DNA from: a virus | Virus record (IMG/VR): IMGVR_UViG_3300036791_000400 | Span: 2,650-66,649 of that record | Strand: one strand, 5' to 3' | DNA length: 64,000 bases | Program-made: the position numbers and the translations under genes | The notes under the pieces: generated by a model | What the model was told of the DNA's origin: nothing | Seen by the model: only the letters and a program-made list of their open reading frames with translations | Database searches by the model: none | Shown: positions 63,973 through 64,000 of the stretch, piece after piece | Numbering within the stretch: position 1 is the stretch's first letter | How the letters are laid out: each line of letters opens with the position of its first letter

Positions 63973-64000
63973 CATGGTGGAGTTCGTTGCGAACGAACTC
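63973..64000 (+). CDS. Start of a gene truncated by the window edge
   Basis: AGGGGG SD then ATG GTG GAG TTC. Confidence 0.5.

Overview
The window is most of the genome of a high-GC (roughly 64-65% by eye) tailed dsDNA phage with a podovirus-type layout; both edges cut through genes. The host is probably a Gram-negative proteobacterium (inferred from a PEP-CTERM protein and sigma70-like/DnaA-box signals). Layout: small accessory genes (1-1112); leftward terminase genes (1186-3472); a rightward late operon (3481-40205) with portal, scaffold, major capsid, adaptors, six modular tail fibre/spike genes, nozzle, a GNAT/methyltransferase/PAPS-reductase-like trio, and ejection proteins including a transglycosylase-like protein and a 2404-aa protein; a leftward early/replication arm (40202-61323) with primase-DUF927, SNF2 helicase, VRR-NUC, PD-(D/E)XK nuclease, family A polymerase and a MoxR-like AAA+/VWA-metallopeptidase pair; then a non-coding control region and a few rightward genes. 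No integrase, RNA polymerase, endolysin, reverse transcriptase, tRNA or CRISPR array was seen. The strongest unexplained signals are non-coding: (1) an 11-bp palindrome ACTAC(C/G)GTAGT and close variants at about 30 sites, inside genes and fused to ribosome-binding sites; (2) a family of modular hairpin repeats that incorporate this palindrome and bracket small accessory gene blocks; (3) a ~300-bp mirror-symmetric iteron-like array. Protein-level highlights are an Acb2/Tad1-like anti-defence candidate, the late-operon methyltransferase plus Fe-S PAPS-reductase-like cassette, and a phage-borne PEP-CTERM protein. All family assignments come from motif recognition by eye, not database searches.
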